A stretch of 64,000 nt of DNA from a virus (taxonomy: Duplodnaviria; Caudoviricetes), in IMG/VR virus record IMGVR_UViG_2871003000_000003, positions 32,001 to 96,000 of that record; one strand, 5' to 3'. Made by a program: the position numbers and the translations under genes. Position 1 is the first letter of the stretch. Each line of letters opens with the position of its first letter. The notes under the pieces were generated by a model, which saw only the letters and a list, made by a program, of their open reading frames with translations, made no database searches and was not told the DNA's origin. This document shows, in pieces, positions 50,133 to 60,380 of this stretch.

Positions 50133-51170
50133 TTATGCAGTCTTTGCTACTGCTTTTCTTGATGTTCTTTTTCGTGTTGTCTTAGACTCAATTCCCGGAA
50201 TATCAATATTCCTTTCGATCACACCGGAAAGGAAATCAAATAATGAATCTTGCCACTTCTCTGATAAATTATCATTAAAATATTTACTTCCTTTACAGTT
50301 ATTCAACAGAACCCTTTCCATGTCTGTCTCTCTTCCTGCATAATAAGAATATAATTTTCTAAATACTCTTAATACTTTCGCGCTAAATGCCTTTCCTTCT
50401 CTATAACTTTTCCCACCGTTCCATTGTAGTTTTACGATAAGTTGTAAAATTCTGTCTAATAAATCCGGACAAACTCTCGACATCTTTGCACCGTCAGAGA
50501 CAGAAGTTAAAATACCAATAGGATTTTTTACTGGGTTCCTGTCTCCCTTAACAGCAATGTGGTTTCTGTCACAGATAGATTTTAATGTAACATATTCTTC
50601 TTTTTTAGCTACAAGCGCCGCACTGTAGATATCGACAGGAGCCATGGTTTTTCGATCGTCTTGCTGTGACAAGAATAAGTCAACCGCTTCTGCTTCTGTA
50701 ATTCCGATCAATACTTCAACCTGAATCAATTTCATGTTTCCAAAATAAGCGCCAATGATTCTGTGCATACCGTCAACAACATAAAATTTATCATTCTTGC
50801 ACATAATCTTAGGCAAATCCCACTTATAAGAGCTAAATTCAGATCCGATTTTCTTTGCAATAGATACCCTTAATTCTCTTTGCCAATCTGGAACATGAAT
50901 AAGCAATGGATTAATGCTGATAATTGCCTTTTCTCTTCCATCATGTTTCGATCTTGCTTCTTCCATCTTGTCAGATACGATCATTCTTTCTCCAACTTCA
51001 ATGATATTGTTTAGCATTCTTGCTTCATTCATCATTGTTTCCACTTCCATAGGTTCAAGTTTTCCGTTTCTACTCATTTTTCTAATCTCCTTTAATATGT
51101 AAAGTTTTCTATAATAAAAAGCACCTGTATAATTACAAGTGCTTTCTATACGTATACATCTATGTTGCAT
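50133..51170 (-). CDS. ParB-like (DUF6551-type) protein
   Basis: WQREL, YVVDGMHRI, EAVDLF; likely start MSRNGK near 51077. Confidence 0.7.
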   Translation of the reverse strand: MQHRCIRIESTCNYTGAFYYRKLYILKEIRKMSRNGKLEPMEVETMMNEARMLNNIIEVGERMIVSDKMEEARSKHDGREKAIISINPLLIHVPDWQRELRVSIAKKIGSEFSSYKWDLPKIMCKNDKFYVVDGMHRIIGAYFGNMKLIQVEVLIGITEAEAVDLFLSQQDDRKTMAPVDIYSAALVAKKEEYVTLKSICDRNHIAVKGDRNPVKNPIGILTSVSDGAKMSRVCPDLLDRILQLIVKLQWNGGKSYREGKAFSAKVLRVFRKLYSYYAGRETDMERVLLNNCKGSKYFNDNLSEKWQDSLFDFLSGVIERNIDIPGIESKTTRKRTSRKAVAKTA

Positions 51171-51496
51171 TGTCGTTCTTCATTTTCGATATGAACATCT
51201 ATCCATGTTCTACCGCGTCTGTATGAACTGCTTCCCAAAATATCCAGTGTTACGAGAGGATTCTCACGAATCTGCTCACACTCTTCATTCGTTAGTATAT
51301 TCTTATCCAAGGCTTCCAATTCCTCAAACGTATAATCTGCTAAAGATTTTCCTACTGTTATCATAATCATGACTCCTTTCCTTTTGCTTCGTTCCACTTC
51401 TTTCAACCGAGATCAGCTCAATCTGGCGTTTCCTCTGTGTGATATTAATTAACTGTATCTGATGTTTGTTATAAAAATTTTCCATCATGTCTCTTC

Positions 51497-51874
51497 CTAT
51501 TCCATTCTTTCCGCTTTTGTATTTGTTGTATATGGTTCTTTGCTGATTACCCAATCACCTACAGATAGATATACTTTTTCATTATCGTTCCAGGTTTCCC
51601 AACCTTTTATATCATTTACATTGATATATCCGCTATCCGGTGTAACGTCTGTTTCGATATAATAGCCAGTTCCGTCCGAAAAATTTAACTCAAACCCCTC
51701 TGTTCCAATAGTAACGCTTTCGATTTCTTCTGTGTCAATATATGTTTCCGGCATTTCTGCGACTGTTTCCTGAGCTTGTTTCGGTGTGTTTTCAACCGAG
51801 TTTCTTCCTATTATAAATGTTGTAAAAGAAATAATTGCAACAGCACCGATATATAATATTTTCCGCTTCATCAT
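51497..51874 (-). CDS. secreted/membrane-anchored hypothetical protein
   Basis: N-terminal KRK + hydrophobic helix. Confidence 0.55.
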   Translation of the reverse strand: MMKRKILYIGAVAIISFTTFIIGRNSVENTPKQAQETVAEMPETYIDTEEIESVTIGTEGFELNFSDGTGYYIETDVTPDSGYINVNDIKGWETWNDNEKVYLSVGDWVISKEPYTTNTKAERME

Positions 51875-52076
51875 TCAAACCTCTTTCTATAAATCCCTTA
51901 CGTTTCCGACTACTTCCCAATCTGTTAAAGCATATGTTGTATTTAGCTTTTCCAGTGGTAAACGTTCAATATTTCCATTTCCTGTATTGTATATGTATCT
52001 GTGCATCTTTGTATCAACGATCGATTCAGTGATAACACGTTTTAAAAACTGTTTTGTCATGGTTTATTTCTCCTTA

Positions 52077-52709
52077 CTATGCGTAAATTTTACCATTTAC
52101 ACCTGTTTTATAATTCTTAAAGATAACAACTGGATTTTTAAAACAGTTCTCTAAATCATCAATATACCTACTGTCAAAGCAGCCATATTTTGATTTTGTA
52201 ATTTTTACATTTTTATTATCTTCAAGAGTTTCTTTTATTTCCTCTTCTTTTAAATCCTGCCAACCTTCAAAAATCATCATAGAACAGTTATAGAAGAGTT
52301 TTCTATATTGTGTTCTTTTTCGGTATGGTGTAAAAATCATTTCCATAACATCACTATACTGTGCATATGTTTTTGCTTTCATGGAATGGAAAGTAATTTT
52401 TTGAGCTACTGGAAAACCGAATTCGTTCAGATATACAAGTGTATATCTTTTTCCTTCCTGTAATTTGTTATAAAGTGCTTTCTGTAATGGTTCCGCGTAT
52501 TTCATAAACAGATCATCAAATACTTTGATAGCTTCGATTTCCGTTGTTGCAGTCTTACTTTCTAACTCCTCGCCATCTTCGTACATTGCCATAACTTCAA
52601 ATTCTCCGAAAATCTCACAGGCATCAATGATTATTTTCTTTCCCATTGTATAACCGCCTTTTAATTCTTCATGTCTTATTGTTCTTGCTAACATTGTATT
52701 TTCCTCCAT
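52077..52709 (-). CDS. hypothetical protein
   Basis: ORF in operon. Confidence 0.55.
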   Translation of the reverse strand: MEENTMLARTIRHEELKGGYTMGKKIIIDACEIFGEFEVMAMYEDGEELESKTATTEIEAIKVFDDLFMKYAEPLQKALYNKLQEGKRYTLVYLNEFGFPVAQKITFHSMKAKTYAQYSDVMEMIFTPYRKRTQYRKLFYNCSMMIFEGWQDLKEEEIKETLEDNKNVKITKSKYGCFDSRYIDDLENCFKNPVVIFKNYKTGVNGKIYA

Positions 52710-52715
52710 AATATA

Positions 52716-53105
52716 CTATAATTCAACGTACATATCTATGTTGTGATTGATTCTGAAAAACTGTTCAATATCTTTATAACGTTTCGCTTTGTAATTATCC
52801 GCAAGTATTTTCCCACATTGTACTGATTCATAAAAAATTTCCATCGAAAGCTCTTTATATTCATAACCTTCTTTTAAAGTTGCACATCCTGAACCGTTTC
52901 CCCTACTTGGGATATATTCAAATATCGTTTTGAGACCTTCCCCATATGTTGAATACTGAACATAAATAATATTTTTTCCGTCTGTCATAAGTCCATAAGC
53001 ATAATAATCAGATTTACTTATGAAAACTCTTAATCCATCCGATTTCAATTTATTTAATTCATTTCTCAATTTTTCTTTCTTCTCTGTTAATGTCATAATT
53101 TCCAC
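52716..53105 (-). CDS. hypothetical protein
   Basis: First ORF after the 53.4-kb promoter. Confidence 0.55.
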   Translation of the reverse strand: MEIMTLTEKKEKLRNELNKLKSDGLRVFISKSDYYAYGLMTDGKNIIYVQYSTYGEGLKTIFEYIPSRGNGSGCATLKEGYEYKELSMEIFYESVQCGKILADNYKAKRYKDIEQFFRINHNIDMYVEL

Positions 53106-53398
53106 CTTTTAACCTTTCTTTATATATGTTTTCTTATTCTCTTCTAGTTTCGCTCTTGCTCGTCAGTATCGGACTTATACCGATAGACTAGATCGCCGTT
53201 ATCGTTCCTGTGGCTTTCCGCTTTATTCGCTAAGTTCTTCCACGTTTTTCTTTCAAGTTTGCCCTTGTACCACTACGCACTCGTTATCTGGAGCAGATCT
53301 GAAATATCCTTCACGGCTTTTCATATGAAGTTATCAATGTGCTTTAAGATTAAGTTTATCCGTTTATATTGTAGGATTTCCTTCATCTTTGTGCTTTT

Positions 53399-53427
53399 AA
53401 TATAACACCTTCTAGCAAAGGTGTCAA
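53399..53427 (-). promoter_or_regulatory. strong leftward sigmaA promoter with palindromic operator
   Basis: TTGACA-17-TATATT; ACACCT..AGGTGT inverted repeat between the boxes; next to an HTH gene. Confidence 0.7.
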
Positions 53428-53495
53428 CAGCTTTTTCTATATTTTTGTAGGTTTTTCTACATTTTATTTCTAAAGAAAAAAGCAGATATATCTGC

Positions 53496-53717
53496 TTAAA
53501 TTTCTTTACCATCTTTAAATCGGAATACTGAAATATATTCCGCATCCAAAATAGAAGCAATTTTTTGAAGTTCTTCTTTCGTGAATTTACCCGTTTTTAG
53601 CCTTTGACCGAAAGCTGACGGAGTAACATTCATTTTTTCAGCAATTTCTTTTTTTGTAACGCTTCCAGAATATGCAATTGCCATTTCTATTTGTTGTTGT
53701 AATGTCACTTTAACCAC
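53496..53717 (-). CDS. XRE-family HTH regulator
   Basis: KKEIAEKMNVTPSAFGQRLK..ELQKIASIL. Confidence 0.85.
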   Translation of the reverse strand: MVKVTLQQQIEMAIAYSGSVTKKEIAEKMNVTPSAFGQRLKTGKFTKEELQKIASILDAEYISVFRFKDGKEI

Positions 53718-53761
53718 TTCCTTTCCTTATTATTATAAAGGATTTCCTGTTTTTAGACAAT

Positions 53762-53884
53762 AAAAAACATAGATATTTTTGGCTGGGCGGTGTATCCAGC
53801 ATCTCAGGTACTCTTTTCAGAGTGTGTCGGGAACCTTTTCCGACCTCAAAAACATCTATGTTACTACCAATTATATCAGTTTGT
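53762..53884 (-). ncRNA. putative multi-branch sRNA with its own promoter, downstream of the PBECR nuclease gene
   Basis: Promoter TTGACA(53914-19)-17-TATATT with extended -10; 16-bp closing stem 53766-81/53847-62 enclosing three hairpins; U-run. Confidence 0.6.
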
Positions 53885-53924
53885 ACATATAATATACCAT
53901 ATTACAAAAAATATGTCAATGTTT

Positions 53925-54320
53925 TTACAAAAAACTTTTTAATCTTCCACTATGTAAACGTCTATCTATTTTACTTTGATGTATGTCCATCATCGTAGAA
54001 ACATAAAGATAATTTTTTCTTTCATCATATTTAATCCCAATCATTACATTGTCTTTGTATACCTTTATCAGCTCTAATGATTTTCCTTCTTCATTCGGAT
54101 TAATCCCAACATAGTCAGGACTATTTATAATTTCAGATATATTGTTAATATATTTTAGCGCCTTGAAATGTTTTCTTTTTATCATGTGCGTTTTAAGTCC
54201 ATTTGATCTATATATTTCCAATTCAGGCAGATTGATTCCTAGAATATTATTAAATTTTGTATTGTATTTTCCAACGATTACAAGTTCATCCGTATCACTC
54301 AATGTTATATTCTCCTTCAA
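53925..54320 (-). CDS. PBECR2-type (Barnase/RelE/colicin-like fold) nuclease
   Basis: GLKTHMIKRKH, IINSPDYVGINP, LELIK, YVST, RLHSGRL. Confidence 0.6.
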   Translation of the reverse strand: MKENITLSDTDELVIVGKYNTKFNNILGINLPELEIYRSNGLKTHMIKRKHFKALKYINNISEIINSPDYVGINPNEEGKSLELIKVYKDNVMIGIKYDERKNYLYVSTMMDIHQSKIDRRLHSGRLKSFL

Positions 54321-56110
54321 TTTTAATAATTATAACATATTTGTTCTTATTCATCAAATACAATACATTAATTTTTCTTGACAGTGCCGGAAGGTGTCCG
54401 GCTTATTCAATTACTTCCTCTATCCTGTAAACTCTAACTACTTAAAAGTATACAATTCGTGGTATGCCATAGGTATTTTCATAATGTTCACTCTTTCTTA
54501 ATATCCAAAAGCCAACCAGTAACCAACCATTCCGACCGTAAAGACAATCGGCATTAACAGCGTTGTAACTTCGAGGATTTTTGTTTTCATGTTTCTTTTC
54601 TTACTTCTCATTTTGATTACCTCTCTCATTCTTATTTGATTGTTTATTCTCTCTTTTATTCTCAGCTACGCAAGCCATGTGTGAAAACATTAGAAGTAAA
54701 GTTGTTTCTACTACTCACTGCTACAAGTCTTACGCTTTTGCCCGAAACATATCTTTCTTTGCTTGTTTTCTATGCCTTGCATAGTCAAAATAAAAATGAG
54801 AGTTGCGCTTTCATCGGGTTAGTTGGCGCTCCCACTGCTCCGGCTCTCTCGTTCCGGCTTATTTGTTTTCAGTACTCTTTATAATACTTTAGGAAGTTAC
54901 CGGCTTTTTAACACTCCTTAAAGTGAACCGGTTTCGCTCATTATGTTTGCTCCCTGCCTGCATTTTCTACCCCGTTCTACGTAGACTGACGGCTTTTAAC
55001 TTTTTCGGTTGTTCTCATACCGTGTATAATCTGTTTTAAAAAAGGAGATATACAAGCTCCTTCATGTCAGCACAACTATGAGGCATTGCTGATCTTGAGC
55101 CTTTCGGAAGTATTAGCCGTTCCGATGCTTTTGCAATTCCTAGTTATTTTTGTGTGTACTCCTTGCCACCGGCACACGTCTTTCACATTGTTTTTCTTCC
55201 TGGAAAATCTTAATACGGAAGTATTGCACTTGATAGGACTTATTCTTGTCGTGCCTATACAAGGTTTTATTTTTTGTTATTCCGTATTATTATTTAAAGG
55301 ACTTGCCGACTTGACAAGTCCTGATTTACAAGTTACAATAATTTATGAGTTGTCGTGTATATATTCTTTTGCTTCTTGTTCCGTTGGACACTTTACAAGT
55401 TGCTTATGATCGGAATTGTACACGACTGTTTCATTGTCGTATGTTATATAGTACATACGTTTTCACCTCCTTTCTTTTGGAAGTGAAAAATTATTTTTTA
55501 ATTTGTTTATTTCTAAAGTCATTATGACTTTCTGCGGATGTATCACTTTCTTTCCATTATGTGATGTTTAAGCCGTTCCGCAGTACGCTGTTCCTTTGCT
55601 GGATTCTCTCAGCGGGGAGTATATAAACTGCACAATCAAACAATAATAAATTTTATTCCTGTCTGTATCTACAATATATACCCTTATCAACTACCCCAGC
55701 CACCTCTTTCTGGCAGGCAACCTTGAAACTAATCATATCTAAAATACTTTTGTTTAACCTATATTCTTTACTCGTAGTTACTCCCTACCCTCTTAGCTCA
55801 TGTCCTCGCTGTTCCGAAAATATCTATTGCAGAATATTTCAGAAAACAGTTACCCGAATTACTCTCAGGAGTCTTGCTTTCAATCTTATAAAATAATTTT
55901 TAAAAGGAATTTTTCACAAGAATTTGTGAAACACGACTTGAAAAGTGAATACTAAAATGTTAGAATATATATAATCACTTTGCAAGAAGTGTGTTTTGTT
56001 GAGCAGTTGTTTTGGTTGGTAGCCTTGTGACAACTGCTCTTTTGTTTTCCTTTTGTGATTATATAATATCATATGTTTTTATGTTTGTCAATCGTTTTTT
56101 GATTATTTTA

Positions 56111-56323
56111 TTAATCTTTTTCGATTATTATTTTTGCTTTATATCCTAATGGGTTTATGATGTCGTTTGTTTCGTCTAAAGATAAATTTTTTTTATTTAT
56201 TTTTCGATTCAAATTTTGATTTACAATACCCATTTTTTCAGCAAGCACTATTTTTTTTATGCCTGACTCTTTAATTAAATTATTGATTTTATTGGATAAC
56301 TCAGCATTATTATTTATATCCAC
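56111..56323 (-). CDS. HTH regulator
   Basis: GIKKIVLAEKMGIVNQNLNR. Confidence 0.75.
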   Translation of the reverse strand: MDINNNAELSNKINNLIKESGIKKIVLAEKMGIVNQNLNRKINKKNLSLDETNDIINPLGYKAKIIIEKD

Positions 56324-56361
56324 TATATCACCTCCTGTTAGGCTATATTATACAATATACT

Positions 56362-56991
56362 ATGATAAAAAACAAATGTTCTGAATGGTATATTTTGTCA
56401 ATTTATGTTACCATAAAAGAAAAAGGATTTTATATCATGGGCAATTATAGAATACAGACACAAGATTTTTATTTCGGCGCTTGTATGTTTTCTTTTTTTA
56501 AACATAATTCTGATACAACACCTTCTATAATAGAAAGTACCGATGAAATTCAGGTTATCAAAATGACAACTAATACAAGCGAAGGCTTTTATATTATAAT
56601 GAAATACACGAAAAACTGTCAAAATAGGAAAACCATTTATAAAAGTTGGACTTTCCCAATCACAGACAAAGACAGAGAAATGATAAAAAAATATCATGAT
56701 ATTTGTGAAAATATATATTTCTTTTTTGTCTGTGGTGAATCGTCAATTTCAGGCAAACCTAAAAAATTAGAAAACGGCGATTTTTATGTTGAAGAAATAA
56801 AATCCGGTGAAATTGCTATATATCGCTATTGCGACTACTTAAAAGTAAAAAATAAAACAAATATAACAATAAACATATATAAAAGCCGAGAACATTATTT
56901 TAGTTTACACACTGAAAAATCTCGTGACAACATTATAAAATCAAAACGTAATAACATCGAAAAGAAAATCTCAGACATTGTTATTATATGA
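56362..56991 (+). CDS. hypothetical protein
   Basis: Only long plus-strand ORF here; likely start MGNYRI near 56437. Confidence 0.55.
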   Translation: MIKNKCSEWYILSIYVTIKEKGFYIMGNYRIQTQDFYFGACMFSFFKHNSDTTPSIIESTDEIQVIKMTTNTSEGFYIIMKYTKNCQNRKTIYKSWTFPITDKDREMIKKYHDICENIYFFFVCGESSISGKPKKLENGDFYVEEIKSGEIAIYRYCDYLKVKNKTNITINIYKSREHYFSLHTEKSRDNIIKSKRNNIEKKISDIVII

Positions 56992-57384
56992 TCTAACATT
57001 TCACTATTCACTTTTCAAAGTGCAAATTCCTTTTGTAGTTGGGTATCGCTCAGCCAGAATTGACTTTGCTTTTCAGATATGCTACACTTTAGATGCTTAA
57101 ATTATTATGTATCGTGCAGTAAATCTGTACACCCTATGCAAGTTTTACGGCTGACACTTTGTTTGCAATCTCATTTGTTATCTGTGTATCTGTCGTTTAA
57201 CTTGATTATATCTTATCACTTTTATTTATGTTTGTAAATAGTTTTATTTATATATTTATTGTTTTAGTACATATTTATAATCAAACACGCTATTGTATTG
57301 CTTTATTTTAGTAAATATGTATAATTATATTTATAAACAAAATATGGTATAATAAAAGACTTTAAAAGAAATGAGGTATAATCC

Positions 57385-57594
57385 ATGTTAGAATATAAAA
57401 ATACAGAACAGTTTTTAAGTGATTATAGAAGTTATTTGATCGAAAAGGGAATCACTAATACTCACGTTGCGCGGAAAATAGGAATATCTCCTCAGCAATT
57501 ACAAAATGTTTTTAAAAAAAAGGAATTAACTGTCAGTGATGTAATAAAGCTATGTAATGCGATTGATTATAATTGTAAAATTATGATTGAGTAA
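57385..57594 (+). CDS. HTH regulator (paralog-like of 56111..56323)
   Basis: GITNTHVARKIGISPQQLQN. Confidence 0.8.
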   Translation: MLEYKNTEQFLSDYRSYLIEKGITNTHVARKIGISPQQLQNVFKKKELTVSDVIKLCNAIDYNCKIMIE

Positions 57595-57727
57595 GTAATG
57601 TTAGATGTATAAAGTTTTTTGACCGCATATAATAAGTAGTAACACGGTTTATGAGTGTGTAGCTTTTATTTGATTGTGATCTATGGTATAATTATCTGTA
57701 ATAATAAGTAAAGGATTTATAGATAGT

Positions 57728-57955
57728 ATGTTTAGATATAAAATAGATATATTAAAAGCACTCGCAGATCGTGGATATAATGCTACTAAAATACGCAAAG
57801 ATAAAATTATGAGTCAGGCTACTATGCAAAACATACGACAGGGTAAAGGTATTACTACTGATACAATCAATACGATCTGTCTTATTTTAAGATGTCAACC
57901 GTCGGATATAATCGAGATTGTACCGACGACAGAAGAAAAGATAAAATACTTTTGA
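57728..57955 (+). CDS. Cro/CI HTH_26 regulator
   Basis: SQATMQNIR..DTINTICLILRCQPSDIIE. Confidence 0.85.
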   Translation: MFRYKIDILKALADRGYNATKIRKDKIMSQATMQNIRQGKGITTDTINTICLILRCQPSDIIEIVPTTEEKIKYF

Positions 57956-58040
57956 CACTGATTTTAGTGCTTGACTTTGCACTGTTTTTAGTGTTATTAT
58001 AATTATAGTCAGTAATGGCAACAATATTGAGAAAGGATGA

Positions 58041-58358
58041 TTGTATTTGATTGATATCGAAGTTTTGAAAAGGTTAAATGTGCCTAATAAGATAGTTTTA
58101 ACAAGACATGCGAAAGAAAGACTAATAGAAAGAAATATTACTATCACGGACATTATAAATGGTATTGAGACAGGAGAAGTCATAAAACAGTATGAAGATG
58201 ACAAACCTTTGCCCAGTTGTTTGATACTAGGATTTTCGGTAAATAATAAATATATTCATATTGTGGTTAGTCACGATTGTGATTACATTTATTTGATAAC
58301 AGCATACTATCCTAATACAGATCAGTGGGAAAGTGATTTTAAGACCAGAAAGGTGTGA
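58041..58358 (+). CDS. DUF4258 (RelE/BrnT-like toxin fold) protein
   Basis: TRHAKERL.ERNI, YEDDKPLPSCLILG, IHIV, ITAYYP. Confidence 0.8.
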   Translation: MYLIDIEVLKRLNVPNKIVLTRHAKERLIERNITITDIINGIETGEVIKQYEDDKPLPSCLILGFSVNNKYIHIVVSHDCDYIYLITAYYPNTDQWESDFKTRKV

Positions 58359-58364
58359 TATTAT

Positions 58365-58601
58365 ATGTTATGTATTGAATGCGGCGCAGTCGCTGAAAAG
58401 GGATATACAACAGACGTTACGGATTTAGGAAACTGTCTTGTTATTATCAGAAATGTACCATGTTATAAATGTACAGAATGCAATGAGATTATTTATACCG
58501 GTGACGTTGTACAGGAAATAGAAAAGATTGTTAATATGGCTAAACAATGTTTACAAGAGGTGTCAATTATCGATTATAACAATTATAAACAAGTAGCATA
58601 A
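58365..58601 (+). CDS. YgiT/MqsA-type zinc-finger protein
   Basis: CIECG..IIRNVPCYKCTECNE. Confidence 0.8.
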   Translation: MLCIECGAVAEKGYTTDVTDLGNCLVIIRNVPCYKCTECNEIIYTGDVVQEIEKIVNMAKQCLQEVSIIDYNNYKQVA

Positions 58602-58606
58602 GTATG

Positions 58607-58638
58607 ATAGCGGTGCTGATATGGCGTCGCTATTTTTT
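58607..58638 (+). terminator. intrinsic terminator
   Basis: ATAGCG..CGCTAT stem followed by a T-run. Confidence 0.7.
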
Positions 58639-58863
58639 GTATGTTATCGTGTCAGTGTGTATGTTAGTGTATATTAACTTGTGTTATGACTGTATAGTTA
58701 TAGTATGTTATATGATACACATGTAATACTTGTGTAATAATAGTGAGTATAGTTGTGTGTTTGTGTGGACTGCATCACGTTGTTGTGTAGGATGTTTAGG
58801 TAAACTAGGAATTATTACTATTATTAGTGTAGTATTGTTTTGATGTATTTTTTTGATGTATAT

Positions 58864-59098
58864 TTATACACAAATTATTGCATAGTTATACACATGATGT
58901 GGATAAGTTTGATTTTAAAAAATGGTATAAAAGTGGTGATGTGGTACTCATTTGTAGGTTATTTTGGATTGCAAGTGGGGAATATGTGTTGGTTTTTGTT
59001 TAATTTTGTGTGTCTGGTGGGAAATTTTGTTTTGAGGTAAGTTTTAAGGCAAAAAGTTATCCACATATTATTTTGAGTTATCAACAGAATGTGGATAA
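58864..59098. promoter_or_regulatory. cluster of six DnaA boxes
   Basis: TTATACACA 58864 and 58886; TGTGGATAA 58898 and 59090; TTATCCACA 59057; TTATCAACA 59078. Confidence 0.7.
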
Positions 59099-59894
59099 CT
59101 TTTTATTATTAAAAATTTTCACCAAAAATCCGAACTTGTCCAGAAATCCATGAATTTGAGTCTAAAATCCCACCTGATGCAATGTTTCATTGCTACGTAA
59201 AAGACACACACAAAAATCAACAGATTGTCCATAAAATCTCTATATACCGCCCCCTGTTTTCAGATCTTTACAATCAAAACTTTTGCACTTTTCATCAATG
59301 TGCCAAAAGTCCCCAAAGCAACATAATAGTGTAGTATTATGCCACTCCATAATAGGGGCGGTATTAAACATTTTTGACGTATGTTATGCATCAAATATAG
59401 CAGGTATGGGTTCTATCCACACCTCACTACCAAAATTTCGACCTCCGATTTCAACACCAAAATTTTCATCTTCCACTTCAAAAATCCAAAAAATTACCTA
59501 AAAATACTTCGGGAACTCTCTCGACCAACAAAGCATAAACACTGCATTTCTACCATTCTAAACAGTCCAAAAATAACCAAAATCCACCACAATATCCATT
59601 CAAACCCCAAACAAACTCTTACCGTTACTGCATTTTCCCGAACTCAACTTATATTCCAAAAAATTACATATAAAACACACTATCAAAATCCAGAAAACCA
59701 CGTCACCTTACCCCTAAGTGTACCCACATAAATACTGGCATCCCCCGGTATAAAAACATCACACAAAATTACCTCTCTACCGAAGTACCTTATTTTCAAA
59801 ATTACTGACACAAAAAATAAGCAGCCAATTCCTAAGATAAGTCCTTAAGAACCAACTGCTATTATTTATAATCACCCTATAATCATCCAATACC

Positions 59895-59941
59895 GTGAAC
59901 TACCCACGAGCTAAAGCTAATGGGATTGCGAGCCTAATTTT
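59895..59941 (-). mobile_element. 47-bp IS200/IS605-type element, copy 2
   Basis: Inserted 3' of TTGAA (which contains the yolD stop); 45 bp identical to copy 1. Confidence 0.8.
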
Positions 59942-59942
59942 T

Positions 59943-60371
59943 TCAATAATATTTATTAAATATATCCCCATCTATATAACTAATATCATGAACCGGTACC
60001 TCAGTTCCATTTTCAAATATTACAACATTTCTGTATTCGTGTACCTTCTTCACTCTCCCACTCATTGTAATATACTTTCCACCATCTTTCTTTAAATCTT
60101 TTTCAAAATATGTGATTCTGATATCCGGATCAACATCACCGTCATCTAAGCATTTTCTTAAAATATTCAATCTCTCATTCAGCCTATCCAAAACATCCTC
60201 ATCAAATTCAATCCTTTTATCTGTCAATCTTGCAGTCTCTTTAATTTCTGCATCATAACCTGTCAATGCAGCAAATGGAGAAAATTGAGCAGCTCTATCT
60301 CGCATACTCATTTGAGGATATTTTTTAGAGACAAAATGTGGCAGATCAATAATATCATCGTATTTACCCAT
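59943..60371 (-). CDS. YolD-like accessory protein of Y-family polymerase
   Basis: YDDIIDLPH..MSMRDRAAQFSPFAALTGY; downstream of the polymerase. Confidence 0.85.
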   Translation of the reverse strand: MGKYDDIIDLPHFVSKKYPQMSMRDRAAQFSPFAALTGYDAEIKETARLTDKRIEFDEDVLDRLNERLNILRKCLDDGDVDPDIRITYFEKDLKKDGGKYITMSGRVKKVHEYRNVVIFENGTEVPVHDISYIDGDIFNKYY

Positions 60372-60380
60372 AACACACCC

